From assembly GCA_051747385.1 (NCBI GenBank), contig JBNJGB010000023.1, positions 16,720 through 80,719 of the forward strand: a DNA stretch of 64,000 nt, read 5' to 3'. This stretch comes from Myxococcota bacterium. GTDB lineage: Bacteria > Myxococcota_A > UBA9042 > PHBI01 > JACKFB01. Each line of letters opens with the position of its first letter. The stretch's first letter is position 1. Below the pieces are notes generated by a model. That model saw only the letters and a program-made list of their open reading frames with translations, had not been told where the DNA came from and did no database searches. This document shows, in pieces, positions 16,323 through 25,319 of this stretch. The position numbers and the translations under genes were made by a program.

Positions 16323-18457
16323 GACGAAGCCTCCTGCTCGCCCTCGCGCTGGCGGCGGCGGGGCCGGCCCTGCCGGTCTCCGCCCAGGTCGACGTGGGCG
16401 AGGCGGCCGAAGCCCCCGGCGACTCCGACGAGGCCCTGCTCGACGAGGGGCGCGCGGTGCCGGGGAAGGCGACGCGCACGAAGGTGTCGGGGGGCGCCGG
16501 CGAACCCGTGGTCGCGGAGCGGGTGCGCGTGTCGATGCCCGGCGACGAGCCGGACGTCGTCTACACGTTCACGGAGCGTGGCGCGACGGTGCTCAGCGCG
16601 GAGCTTCAGGCGGAGCGTTACAGGCGTGAGGCCTTCCCGCCGGTCCCGGGGGTCCCGGAGCGGATCCTCGAGGCCGGGCCCATCGATCTCGTGACCACCT
16701 GGTCGCCACGCTTCCTGCCCTTCCGGGCGACCTTCAACGAGTTCGAGGTTCCGGGCGAGGCGACGGTCGTCCTGCGGAAGGCCGACGGGGGCGTGATCCG
16801 CGGCGGTCGGCTAGGGGCGCCCGACGATCGCGACGCCCTCGAGGTGGATCGCCAGGTCGACCCGGGCGACACGGTGGAGATCGAGGCACCCTCCCGGGCC
16901 GCCGGCACGTACGAGATAGACCGGGTGACGGTGACCGGCGCCGTGGAGCTGTCACCGCCCCCCGAGGACGCCGACGACGTGAGCTATCGAGTCGTGCGCC
17001 GGGGCTCCCTGAAGGACCTCTACGACGCCGGGCCGACGTTCCACCGGGTGACCGAGCAGGCCGGCCTCCCGCTCGTCTACGTCTGGCCCGATCCTCGCAC
17101 GGACGAGTCCGACGTCTTCATCGAGAAGCGGTTCGCGCCGGGGGACAACCCCCACGCGCTGAAGCTCACCGTGACGATCCACAACTTCGGCGACGACGAG
17201 GTCCGCCAGCAGATGGGCCTCCGGGTGACCGCCTGGCAGCACCCGGAGATGGTCAGCGGGAGCCTCTTCTCGTTCCCGACGCACATGTTCGGGGCGGGCT
17301 GCTATACGGGCGGGAGCCTGGAGCGCGTGGACTTTCCGGACCTGGTGGAGGAGGCCGAGACCTTCCGCACCGGCGCGCGCTGGGTCGGCGTCGACACGCG
17401 CTACTTCCTCATGGCGGCGGTCCAGGAGAACCTGGAGGGCGCGCAGTGCCACCTCCAGGCGAGCCCGCTCCCGCCGGACGGGATCGGCGTCCTGACCTCG
17501 ACGCTCTGGGCGCCGGCCGTGCAGAAGCTCGAGCCGGGGACCGGCGCCTGCGTCCCGGACTGGCTCTCCCACCGGGAGGGCGTGACGACCTGCCGCGAGG
17601 CGGCCGAGGCGTTGGGACACGACCTGTCCGACTCGTTGAAGGAGATCCGCGCCACCTGGCAGTCGGATCGCCTGGACGTGGAGGGCGCGGCGCGGCAGCG
17701 CCTGGACGACGCGTGGACCTCCCTGCGGAGCCGCCGCCGGGCCATCCACCGGTTCACGCTGTTCACGGGTCCGAAGAGCGACGACCTCCTCAGGGACACC
17801 GGCTACGAGCTGAGCGCCGCCCACGACTTCGGGATCCTGTCGGTCATCGCCGAGCCGCTCCACCTGCTCCTGACCTGGTTCCACGGCATCACGGGCCACT
17901 GGGCCCTCGCCATCATCCTGCTGACCGTGCTCTTGAAGCTGGCGCTCCTGCCGCTCACCAACAAGAGCTTCAAGAACATGCAGAAGATGGCGAAGCTCCG
18001 CCCGGACATGCAGAAGATCCAAGAGGAGTTCAAGGACGATCGCGAGGGGGCCGGCCGCGCGCAGATGGCCCTGTTCAAGCGGGAGAAGGTGAACCCGCTG
18101 AGCGGCTGCCTCCCGATGCTCGTCCAGATGCCCATCTGGTTCGCCCTTTACCGGACGATCCTCAAGAGCGTGGAGCTGTACCACGCCGAGCTGGGCGGGT
18201 GGATCCACGACCTGTCGTCGCCGGATCCATACTTCATCCTGCCGGTCGTCCTGGGGATCCTGATGCTCGTCCAGAGCTTCGTGACCCCGACCGCGGCGGG
18301 CACCGAGGGGGGACAGGCGAAGTTCCTCAAATACGGTATGCCCGTCATGTTCTCGGTGTTCATGGTCGCCTTGCCCTCCGGGCTCGTGCTGTACATCCTC
18401 GTGAACACCGTTCTCACGATTTTTCAGAACCTCATCATTCGGCGGCGCATGGCATGA
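16313..18457 (+). CDS. yidC: membrane protein insertase YidC
   Basis: I prefer ATG 16313 ([25 protein letters not shown]). There is a large periplasmic domain followed by the conserved core ...[48 protein letters not shown]...[18 protein letters not shown]. Confidence 0.93.
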   Translation: MSMRRSLLLALALAAAGPALPVSAQVDVGEAAEAPGDSDEALLDEGRAVPGKATRTKVSGGAGEPVVAERVRVSMPGDEPDVVYTFTERGATVLSAELQAERYRREAFPPVPGVPERILEAGPIDLVTTWSPRFLPFRATFNEFEVPGEATVVLRKADGGVIRGGRLGAPDDRDALEVDRQVDPGDTVEIEAPSRAAGTYEIDRVTVTGAVELSPPPEDADDVSYRVVRRGSLKDLYDAGPTFHRVTEQAGLPLVYVWPDPRTDESDVFIEKRFAPGDNPHALKLTVTIHNFGDDEVRQQMGLRVTAWQHPEMVSGSLFSFPTHMFGAGCYTGGSLERVDFPDLVEEAETFRTGARWVGVDTRYFLMAAVQENLEGAQCHLQASPLPPDGIGVLTSTLWAPAVQKLEPGTGACVPDWLSHREGVTTCREAAEALGHDLSDSLKEIRATWQSDRLDVEGAARQRLDDAWTSLRSRRRAIHRFTLFTGPKSDDLLRDTGYELSAAHDFGILSVIAEPLHLLLTWFHGITGHWALAIILLTVLLKLALLPLTNKSFKNMQKMAKLRPDMQKIQEEFKDDREGAGRAQMALFKREKVNPLSGCLPMLVQMPIWFALYRTILKSVELYHAELGGWIHDLSSPDPYFILPVVLGILMLVQSFVTPTAAGTEGGQAKFLKYGMPVMFSVFMVALPSGLVLYILVNTVLTIFQNLIIRRRMA

Positions 18458-19365
18458 GCAAGACGTACTCCGGTCGCAACGTGGAAGTCGCGGTCGCTCA
18501 GGCCGCGAAGGAGCTCGGGGTCGACCCCTCCGAGCTGAACTACGACGTCCTCGCCGGGCAGGCGGGCGGCTTCGCACTCATCCGCATCAAGCGGGGCGCA
18601 GGTGGCGCCGGCAAGGCGGGCAAGGCCCCCGTCGAGAAGCTCTCCGGCGACGCCGTCACGGACGAGGGGGAGCTCGATCTCTCGAGCGCCCCGGAGCCGG
18701 ACGATCGCGAGGAGCGCCGCGAGCGGAAGCCTCGCAGGGACCGTGATCGCGATCGCGGTCGCGGCGGTCGGGGCGACGGCGGTCGCGGTGAGCGCCGCGA
18801 GAAGAAGCAGGAGCGCGGCGGCGGGCGTCGTCGCCGTGTGGACTACGCGGTGCCCCCCGTCCCCACCGACGGCCCCACCGAGGTCGTCATGGAGGTCGAC
18901 GAGGACACCGAGCTGTCCATCATCGGCGAGGACGCCCACGAGGTGATCCGGGATCTCCTCACGGGCATGGGCTTCGGCATGACCGTCCACGTCGAGGAGG
19001 ACGAGGACACCGTCCGGTTCGACCTCGACAGCGGCGAGTACCACGAGGCGCTCATCGCCAACGAGATGCAGCTCCTCGAGTCGCTGCAGTACCTCATCGA
19101 CCGGATCGTCAACTTCGACGCCGAGCACCGGAAGAAGATCATCCTGGACTCCCGGGGCGCCAAGAAGGAGCAGGACGAGGATCTCGGCCGCTCCGCCCTG
19201 GAGCTGGCCGACAAGGCGAAGGAGGACGGGAAGACCTACAAGATGGGTCCCCTCGATCCCCGCGCCCGCCGCGTCGTGCACATGGCGCTCAAGAACGTCG
19301 GCGGCGTCGACACGCGCTCCGAGGGCGAGGGCGTCTTCCGCCGCGTCTGCATCATCCCCAAGTAG
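18454..19365 (+). CDS. jag: Jag/KhpB-type RNA-binding protein (Jag_N - KH - R3H)
   Basis: ATG 18454 overlaps the yidC stop (ATGA). N-terminus: [34 protein letters not shown]3H-like C-terminus: LDPRARRVVHMALKNVGGVDTRSEGEGVFRRVCIIPK. An internal R/G/D/E-rich insert is present (RERKPRRDRDRDRGRGGRGDGGRGERREKKQERGGGRRRR). Confidence 0.9.
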   Translation: MSKTYSGRNVEVAVAQAAKELGVDPSELNYDVLAGQAGGFALIRIKRGAGGAGKAGKAPVEKLSGDAVTDEGELDLSSAPEPDDREERRERKPRRDRDRDRGRGGRGDGGRGERREKKQERGGGRRRRVDYAVPPVPTDGPTEVVMEVDEDTELSIIGEDAHEVIRDLLTGMGFGMTVHVEEDEDTVRFDLDSGEYHEALIANEMQLLESLQYLIDRIVNFDAEHRKKIILDSRGAKKEQDEDLGRSALELADKAKEDGKTYKMGPLDPRARRVVHMALKNVGGVDTRSEGEGVFRRVCIIPK

Positions 19366-19411
19366 CGCTCGGGCGGGCGCCGCTCCCGTCGCCCCGCACG
19401 CGTCCGAACGC

Positions 19412-19453
19412 CGATGCCGGCGTTGTCGATCCTCGACGATGCCTCCGGCATCG
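19412..19453. terminator. long imperfect hairpin between convergent jag and yibQ-like genes (possible bidirectional terminator)
   Basis: CGATGCCGG (19412-19420) pairs with CCGGCATCG (19445-19453). There is an inner GTCGA-tcc-TCGAC stem. No clear U-tract. Confidence 0.35.
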
Positions 19454-19512
19454 CCTCCGGTCTCCGCCTTGGCCTCGACGCCCGCCCACGCGCGCGGCTC
19501 GGTCCGCGTCAC

Positions 19513-20664
19513 CTACCCGAACGCTACGATCCCAATTGCGCCGGCCCTGGGGATCCAAGGGTCTTCCGGGGCGGCGTCACCACTTCCTGGCCCTTTCGGG
19601 GCGCCATCCTCTTCTTCCGGAGCACCGGCGTCCTCGCCGGCGTCGGGTCCACCGGATCCTTCATCGCCGCCGGGGCCGGCGGCGCCCCGATCATCGCCTC
19701 CCGGCTCCGCGCATCGCCGGATCCAGCGGGGATCCAGGGGCGGCTCGGCGATGCGCTCGACGGGGACGATGTGGACCTCGTCGCCGTGCGCCCGGAGGAA
19801 CCGGTGCAGCGCGTGCACCGTCTCGGGGTACGGGTGGCCGATGGCGACGGCGTGGCCGTGCATCCTCGCGTGGTCCAGGGCCTCCTCGAGCCATCCCACG
19901 ATCGCGTCCACGTCCCGGACGTTGTCGATGAACACCGTGCGCTCGGCGACGGCGCGTCCCGCCTCGCGGGCCTCCTCCGCCAGGGCGCTGTCGGCCGCGG
20001 TCCGGCTGTCCACGACCACGAGGTCCGGCGGCAGGGCGGCCACCACCTCGGCCATGATGTCCTCGTCGCGCGTGAGCAGGCTCCCCATGTGGTTGTTGAT
20101 GCCCACGGCGTCCGGGATCTTCTCCAGGGCGTCCTCCACCAGGCGCCGCCGCTCCGCCGCGCCCTGGTCCTCGCGGAGATAGCCGGAAAACGAGATCAGC
20201 TCGGGATCCTCCGGCTCCATCGGCAGGTGCACGAGCGTCGAGGCGCCGTGATCCGTCAGCCACTCCGCGTAGTCCTCCGTGTACGGCGCGTCGGGCAGGA
20301 GCGACCACGTCAGGGGCCGCCCCAGGGACCACAGGCCCAGGAGCTGGCCCTTGTGCAGGCCCAGGTCGTCGATGACCACGGCGAGGCGGGGCCGGGGCTC
20401 CTCGACCCGGACCTGGGCGACGCCGGTCTCGTGGCCTTCGGGCCAGGCCTCCCGGAAGGCGCGCACGCCCTCGTCCCGATCCGGCGTCACCAGGCGGAGC
20501 GCGATCCCGTCCACCCCGGCGGGCATGAGGTCCAGGCGCCCCGGGACGTCCGAGACCGCGCACACGGCGCGCTGCTGACGCTCCTTCAGGCTGGGCCCCG
20601 AGGCGCCGCAGCCGGCGTGCGTCAGGGTCAGCGCGACGACGACCCCGGTGAGCGCGCGGGTCAT
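19513..20664 (-). CDS. divergent polysaccharide deacetylase family protein (YibQ-like)
   Basis: The track ORF runs to 21849. The real start is ATG 20664 (MTRALTGVVVALTLTHAGC), overlapping the upstream stop (ATGA). Family motifs: PRLAVVIDDLGL, GINNHMGS, AIGHPYPET. The C-terminal tail is acidic and G/D/E-rich. Confidence 0.8.
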   Translation of the reverse strand: MTRALTGVVVALTLTHAGCGASGPSLKERQQRAVCAVSDVPGRLDLMPAGVDGIALRLVTPDRDEGVRAFREAWPEGHETGVAQVRVEEPRPRLAVVIDDLGLHKGQLLGLWSLGRPLTWSLLPDAPYTEDYAEWLTDHGASTLVHLPMEPEDPELISFSGYLREDQGAAERRRLVEDALEKIPDAVGINNHMGSLLTRDEDIMAEVVAALPPDLVVVDSRTAADSALAEEAREAGRAVAERTVFIDNVRDVDAIVGWLEEALDHARMHGHAVAIGHPYPETVHALHRFLRAHGDEVHIVPVERIAEPPLDPRWIRRCAEPGGDDRGAAGPGGDEGSGGPDAGEDAGAPEEEDGAPKGPGSGDAAPEDPWIPRAGAIGIVAFG

Positions 20665-21857
20665 TTCAGCCAGGGCGCCGGGTCGATGGCCTCGCCGTCC
20701 TTGCGAAGCTCCAGGTACAGGCGCCGGCCCTTCAGCGAGCCGCTGTCGCCCATGGTGCCGATGGGCTGGCCGGTCTTGACCTTGTCGCCCTCCTCCACCT
20801 TCACGGCCTCCAGATGGGCGTACAGGGACATGTAGCCCCGCGTGTGGTCGATGATGACCGTCTTCCCGAGGCCGCGCAGCCAACCGACGTGGGCGACGTA
20901 GCCCCAGTAGATCGCGCGCACCTTCACGGGGCGATCGTCTCCCCACCCGTCGGGGACGATGTCCACGCCACGGTGGACCGTCTTCGTGCCGAACTCCGGG
21001 TGCACGCGGGTCCCGAACCGCCCCACGATCTCGCCCTTCCAGATGGGCATCATCAGGTTGCCCTTGTGCTGCTCGAACCACAGCCGGCGCCGATCCCCGT
21101 CCCGGAGGGCCTCCAGCTCCTCCTTCAGCTCCACGTCCACGGTCTCCATCTCCTGGGCGAGCTTGCCGTGGAAGGCCGCGCGCTCCCGCACGGCGTCGAG
21201 CAGCGCCTGCTTCTCCTCCCTGTCCCACTTCAGCTGCTGCAGGGTCTGCTCGATGGTGGCGCGGGTCCGGGCCAGGTTCCGCCGGCGGCGGTCCAGGTCC
21301 TCCCGGGAGCGCCGCCAGGTCGCGAGCTGCTCGCGATAGGCCGCCACCCGCTCCCGGTCGGCCTCCAGGAGCGAGGTGAGCGCCCGCAGCCGCCGCAGGA
21401 ACGTCGAGTGGGACTCGGACGCGAAGAGCACCTGGTAGGGCTCGGTCCGCTTGAGCTGGATCATGGCCTTCAGTCGCCGCCGGACCAGGGCCCGGGCCCG
21501 CTCCAGCTCGTCGGTGAGCCGGTCGAAGCGCGCCTCCATCCGGGCGAGGTCCGCCTCGACCACCTCCTCCTGGGCCTCCAGCCGCGCGAGCTGCGAGGTC
21601 CGACGTGAGATGTCCATCTCCAGCGCCTGCATGGCCTCGAGCATGGACAGCTCGGCCCGCAGCAGCTCGTGGATGTCCTCGGAGGGGTTGCGATCCTCCA
21701 GCTCTCCGGGATCCGGCACGTCCAGGATGTCGGGGTCCACCGCGGCGCCCTCGGCCGCCGCGCGCTCCGCAGTCTCCTCTCCCTCCTCCCCGGACTGCGC
21801 CGGGGCGGCGGGGGCGATCCACAGCAGGACCAGCGCCGGCGGGAGCCACACCCTCAC
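20661..21857 (-). CDS. EnvC-like murein hydrolase activator (signal peptide, long coiled coil, C-terminal LytM/M23 domain)
   Basis: MRVWLPPALVLLWIAPAAPAQ, then ~230 aa of heptad-like E/R/L-rich sequence, then the M23 region HRGVDIV...VIIDHTRGYMSLYAHLEAV...TGQPIGTMGDSG. Where M23 enzymes carry HxH this protein reads AHLE, so it may be non-catalytic like E. coli EnvC. Confidence 0.85.
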   Translation of the reverse strand: MRVWLPPALVLLWIAPAAPAQSGEEGEETAERAAAEGAAVDPDILDVPDPGELEDRNPSEDIHELLRAELSMLEAMQALEMDISRRTSQLARLEAQEEVVEADLARMEARFDRLTDELERARALVRRRLKAMIQLKRTEPYQVLFASESHSTFLRRLRALTSLLEADRERVAAYREQLATWRRSREDLDRRRRNLARTRATIEQTLQQLKWDREEKQALLDAVRERAAFHGKLAQEMETVDVELKEELEALRDGDRRRLWFEQHKGNLMMPIWKGEIVGRFGTRVHPEFGTKTVHRGVDIVPDGWGDDRPVKVRAIYWGYVAHVGWLRGLGKTVIIDHTRGYMSLYAHLEAVKVEEGDKVKTGQPIGTMGDSGSLKGRRLYLELRKDGEAIDPAPWLK

Positions 21858-21861
21858 GCGA

Positions 21862-22773
21862 TCACTCCCTGAGGTGGCGGCCGACGCTCAGCCACGAGCC
21901 GGCGATGCCGAGCAGCACCCCGCCCACCATGAGCCAGGCCACCATCCCGGCCGGCATGAGGTCGAGCGAGATGTTCAGGAAGTGCTCCTCCTCCACGAAG
22001 GCCACCAGCCGCGTGTGGATGAAGGCCACGATGAGGAGCGCCGTCACCGACCCGAGGAACCCGGCCGCGGCCCCCTCCAGGAAGAAGGGCGCCTTGATGA
22101 AGCCGTCCGTGGCGCCGACGAGGCGCAGGACCTCGATCTCCTCCCGGCGGGCGTACACGGCCAGCTTGATGGTCGAGAAGATGAAGAAGACGGCCGCGGC
22201 CAGGACGATTCCGCAGATGATGAGGCCGGTGACCTTCACCAGGTCCATCAGAGCGAAGAGGATGCGGATCTTGTCCGCCCCGAACCACATCTCCTGCACC
22301 TCGGCGGCCCCGGACAGCTCCTCGAGCCAGCTCGAGATGCGGGCGAAGTCGTCCTTCGTGCGGCCCCGGGGCTCGAGCTGGACCTCGATGGCGGGCTGGC
22401 CGGGGATGGCCTCCTGGTCGAGGCCCTCGAGGAGCTCCGGGGAGAGCAGCTCCACGTTGCGCTCCCGGTCCTCCTCGGCCGTCAGGAACGTCGTCGAGAC
22501 GACCTCCTCGCGCTCGGCGATGCGCCGCTGCAGGGCGTCGACATTCTCGGGGGTCGCGTCCTCCGACAGGTAGACCGTCACGCGCAGGTCCCGCGCGATG
22601 TGGTCCAGCAGGCGGTCGGCGTTGGCCATGACGAAGCCGAAGAAGCCCACGAGGATGAGGCTCACCGCCACCGTCAGGACGGCGACGAGGGTGAGCAGCG
22701 GGGCGGCGCGGATGTTCTTCCAGGCTTCGCGGACGAACAGCCACAGCCGCGGCGTGGCGAGGTCTGTGCTCAC
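21862..22773 (-). CDS. ftsX: cell division ABC transporter permease-like protein FtsX
   Basis: (M)STDLATPRLWLFVREAWKNIRAAPLLTLVAVLTVAVSLILVG... with an extracytoplasmic loop and 4 TM. The GTG start overlaps the ftsE stop (GTGA). Confidence 0.9.
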   Translation of the reverse strand: MSTDLATPRLWLFVREAWKNIRAAPLLTLVAVLTVAVSLILVGFFGFVMANADRLLDHIARDLRVTVYLSEDATPENVDALQRRIAEREEVVSTTFLTAEEDRERNVELLSPELLEGLDQEAIPGQPAIEVQLEPRGRTKDDFARISSWLEELSGAAEVQEMWFGADKIRILFALMDLVKVTGLIICGIVLAAAVFFIFSTIKLAVYARREEIEVLRLVGATDGFIKAPFFLEGAAAGFLGSVTALLIVAFIHTRLVAFVEEEHFLNISLDLMPAGMVAWLMVGGVLLGIAGSWLSVGRHLRE

Positions 22774-23501
22774 GGGATGGGCTCCGACAGCGCCGCGGTC
22801 TCGTCCACCTGGCCGGGCGCGCCCGGCAGGACGTCGACCGGCTCTCCGTCCTCGATCAGGAAGCCCTTGTTCAGCAGGATGACGCGCTTGCCGAAGCGAT
22901 CCATCAGGGCCCGGTCGTGCGTGGCCACGACGACGGTGGTCCCGCGCTGCTGGACGTCGATGAGCATCTGCATGATGTCCACGGACAGGTCCGGGTCGAG
23001 GTTCCCCGTGGGCTCGTCGGCCACCAGGATGGCGGGGTCGTTGACCAGGGACCGGGCGATGGCCACGCGCTGCTGCTCGCCCCCCGACAGCCAGTGGGGC
23101 ATGGACCGGGCGTAGCGCTCCAGCCCGACCATGTCGAGGACCTGGTCGACGCGGCGTCGGATCTGCCGCCGCGGCAGTCCGAGGATCTCCAGGGCGATGG
23201 CCACGTTGTCGAAGACGTTCCGGTTCGGCAGCAGCTTGAAGTCCTGCCAGACGACGCCCATGTTCCGGCGCAGGTACGGGATGGAGCTTCGCTTGAGGAC
23301 CGCGAGGTTGCGGCCGGCCACCAGCACCTGCCCCTCGCTGGTCCGCTCCAGGGCCATGAGGAGCCTGGTGAAGGTGGTCTTGCCCGCGCCGGACGGCCCC
23401 GACAGGAAGACGAACTCCCCCTCGTGGATGCGCACCGTGACGTCGCGCAACGCCTCGATACCGTTCGGGTAACGCTTGGTGACGTGATACAGCTGGATCA
23501 C
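22770..23501 (-). CDS. ftsE: cell division ATP-binding protein FtsE
   Basis: The track ORF extends to 23888. I start at GTG 23501: (M)IQLYHVTKRYPNGIEALRDVTVRIHEGEFVFLSGPSGAGKTTF. ABC signature LSGGEQQRVAIARSL, Walker B ILVADEPTGNLD. Confidence 0.92.
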   Translation of the reverse strand: MIQLYHVTKRYPNGIEALRDVTVRIHEGEFVFLSGPSGAGKTTFTRLLMALERTSEGQVLVAGRNLAVLKRSSIPYLRRNMGVVWQDFKLLPNRNVFDNVAIALEILGLPRRQIRRRVDQVLDMVGLERYARSMPHWLSGGEQQRVAIARSLVNDPAILVADEPTGNLDPDLSVDIMQMLIDVQQRGTTVVVATHDRALMDRFGKRVILLNKGFLIEDGEPVDVLPGAPGQVDETAALSEPIP

Positions 23502-23691
23502 GGCGGGCAAGCTAGCACGCGGATCCCGGGTCGTCGACAAAGATCCCCCAGCAATTCCGGGCCTCCGGGTGCGCTTGACACCCCCCAGACCCCGTGTTAG
23601 CGACCAGCGCCCCCAAAATGGGGAAAGCCCCGCATCGCGGGGGCTAGAACGCATTCCACACACGGCCACACACACCGAAAGGAGGGGGAGC

Positions 23692-25068
23692 ATGCTCCAC
23701 CGGTTTCTAGCGGTGGCGGCGTGCCTGGGGCTCGTCTCCCAGGTCGGCGTCGCCCACGCGACCCAGGCTCGCATCGACTCGATGGGAGGGGGGCAGAAGG
23801 AGATCACGGTCGAGGACGAGATCAACACGTTCTTCTTCCCGTCGCTCCTCGTCCGCCACGGCAACATGACGTACATCGACAACCTCAACGAGGGGTTCGG
23901 TGGGACGCGCTTCGGTTTCCACTACAGCCTGACCGAGGACATGGTCCTGGGTGTCTACGGCGGCCGCATCAACGCCACGACCCGGCCCTCGGGTGACGGC
24001 TACAACCCGGCCGGCAACACGCTGAACGGCGACTCCGCCCTGGCTCCCGGCGGGCAGGCCAGCCAGGCGCAGAATGCCCAGGGCGGCCCCTCCGGCGCGA
24101 GCCTCCACACGGGCGAGGCGCTGAACAACGTCGACTACAAGATCGGCTTCCTCTACGCGCTGCGCCTCGGCGCCACCGCGCGGCTCGGCTTCATGCTGAA
24201 CATCCTGGGTGACGACGCCGACGTCGAGCAGCCCGACGGAGCGAAGCTCGACCAGGGCGCCTTCCTCATCGACTTCGGGACGAGCATCGGCTTCGACCTC
24301 GCCGCCAGCGAGCTGGAGATCGGCCTCGGCCTCGAGATCGGTGGGCTCGACGACCAGCGGGACGTGGCGGACAACCCCAAGACGCCCCAGACCGTCGACC
24401 AGACGGAGCTGCTGGAGCACTGGAGCGTGGACAGCCACATCGGCTTCCGCCTGAACTCCCGATGGATCTTCGACTTCTTCGACCAGAGCCGCCTGGCCAC
24501 CTACGCGCGCCTGGAGTACGCGACCCAGGAGGTCACCTACAACGCCCTCCAGCCGGGCGGAGTCCAGTCGGGCGACTGGAACGCCTTCGACTTCAAGCTG
24601 GGCGCCGACCTCATCTTCGAGCCCTTCCAGGACGTCTTCGTCGTCCCGGGCCTCGGCCTCCGCTACGCCCAGCAGAGCCTCGAGGGCAGCATGAACGTCG
24701 GCCAGGGCGTCGGCACGCACGTGGACCGCGACGCGGATCGGCTCGTGTCCTTCCCGTTCTACGGCGTCGGCGTGGACGCCAAGGTGTTGGATTGGCTCGA
24801 CTTCCGCTTCGGCGCATCCCAGTCGGTGGACTTCGAGCGGAACTCGACCACCACCACCCAGGGCGTGACGACCGAGGCCCGCCACTCCGACGTGCGGACC
24901 GAGTTCACGACGGGCCTCGGCTTCAACATCCCCGTGGCCGAGTCGACGCTGACCCTCGACCTGAACGTGAACCCGATGTTCTGGGTCAACGGCCCGGACT
25001 TCGTCACCGGCGGCGCGAACAACACGGACGACTTCGGCATCAACGGCGCCATCAAGTACGACTGGTAG
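23692..25068 (+). CDS. secreted protein, probable outer-membrane beta-barrel (function unknown)
   Basis: ATG 23692 is preceded by AAAGGAGGGGGAG. Signal peptide: MLHRFLAVAACLGLVSQVGVAHA. Much of the sequence shows the alternating hydrophobic/polar pattern of beta strands, and it ends ...INGAIKYDW (aromatic terminus). I recognise no family. Confidence 0.6.
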   Translation: MLHRFLAVAACLGLVSQVGVAHATQARIDSMGGGQKEITVEDEINTFFFPSLLVRHGNMTYIDNLNEGFGGTRFGFHYSLTEDMVLGVYGGRINATTRPSGDGYNPAGNTLNGDSALAPGGQASQAQNAQGGPSGASLHTGEALNNVDYKIGFLYALRLGATARLGFMLNILGDDADVEQPDGAKLDQGAFLIDFGTSIGFDLAASELEIGLGLEIGGLDDQRDVADNPKTPQTVDQTELLEHWSVDSHIGFRLNSRWIFDFFDQSRLATYARLEYATQEVTYNALQPGGVQSGDWNAFDFKLGADLIFEPFQDVFVVPGLGLRYAQQSLEGSMNVGQGVGTHVDRDADRLVSFPFYGVGVDAKVLDWLDFRFGASQSVDFERNSTTTTQGVTTEARHSDVRTEFTTGLGFNIPVAESTLTLDLNVNPMFWVNGPDFVTGGANNTDDFGINGAIKYDW

Positions 25069-25095
25069 CCGCGCGCCACGGTTCGCCGTGACAGT

Positions 25096-25135
25096 GGGCC
25101 CGGTGATCGCTCAGGTCGCCGGGCCCTTTCTCGTT
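25096..25135 (+). terminator. rho-independent terminator after the barrel gene
   Basis: GGGCCCGG (25096-25103) and CCGGGCCC (25119-25126), with a 15-nt loop, followed by TTTCTCGTT. Confidence 0.6.
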
Positions 25136-25319
25136 CAGGCCTCGGCCTCCTGCCTCCACGCCGGGCCTGTGGTGGCCGGATTCGAGATGGCGAGCGATAC
25201 TGGGACGGTTCCGACACACCCATCGTGCGACAGACCCACGCCGAGCTCACGCACGGGGTCCGCCCCGAGCGCCACGGGGAGGTGGCGGAGGAGGGCTCGG
25301 AGCCTCCGGGGGGAGTGCC

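Noticed and set aside
23574-23645. A promoter (TTGACA at 23574-23579) and a leader hairpin (AGCCCCGC-atc-GCGGGGGCT at 23626-23645) upstream of the barrel gene.
   Set aside because: The -35 is perfect, but I could find no acceptable -10 at 16-18 nt. A hairpin alone is insufficient evidence for a regulatory element.
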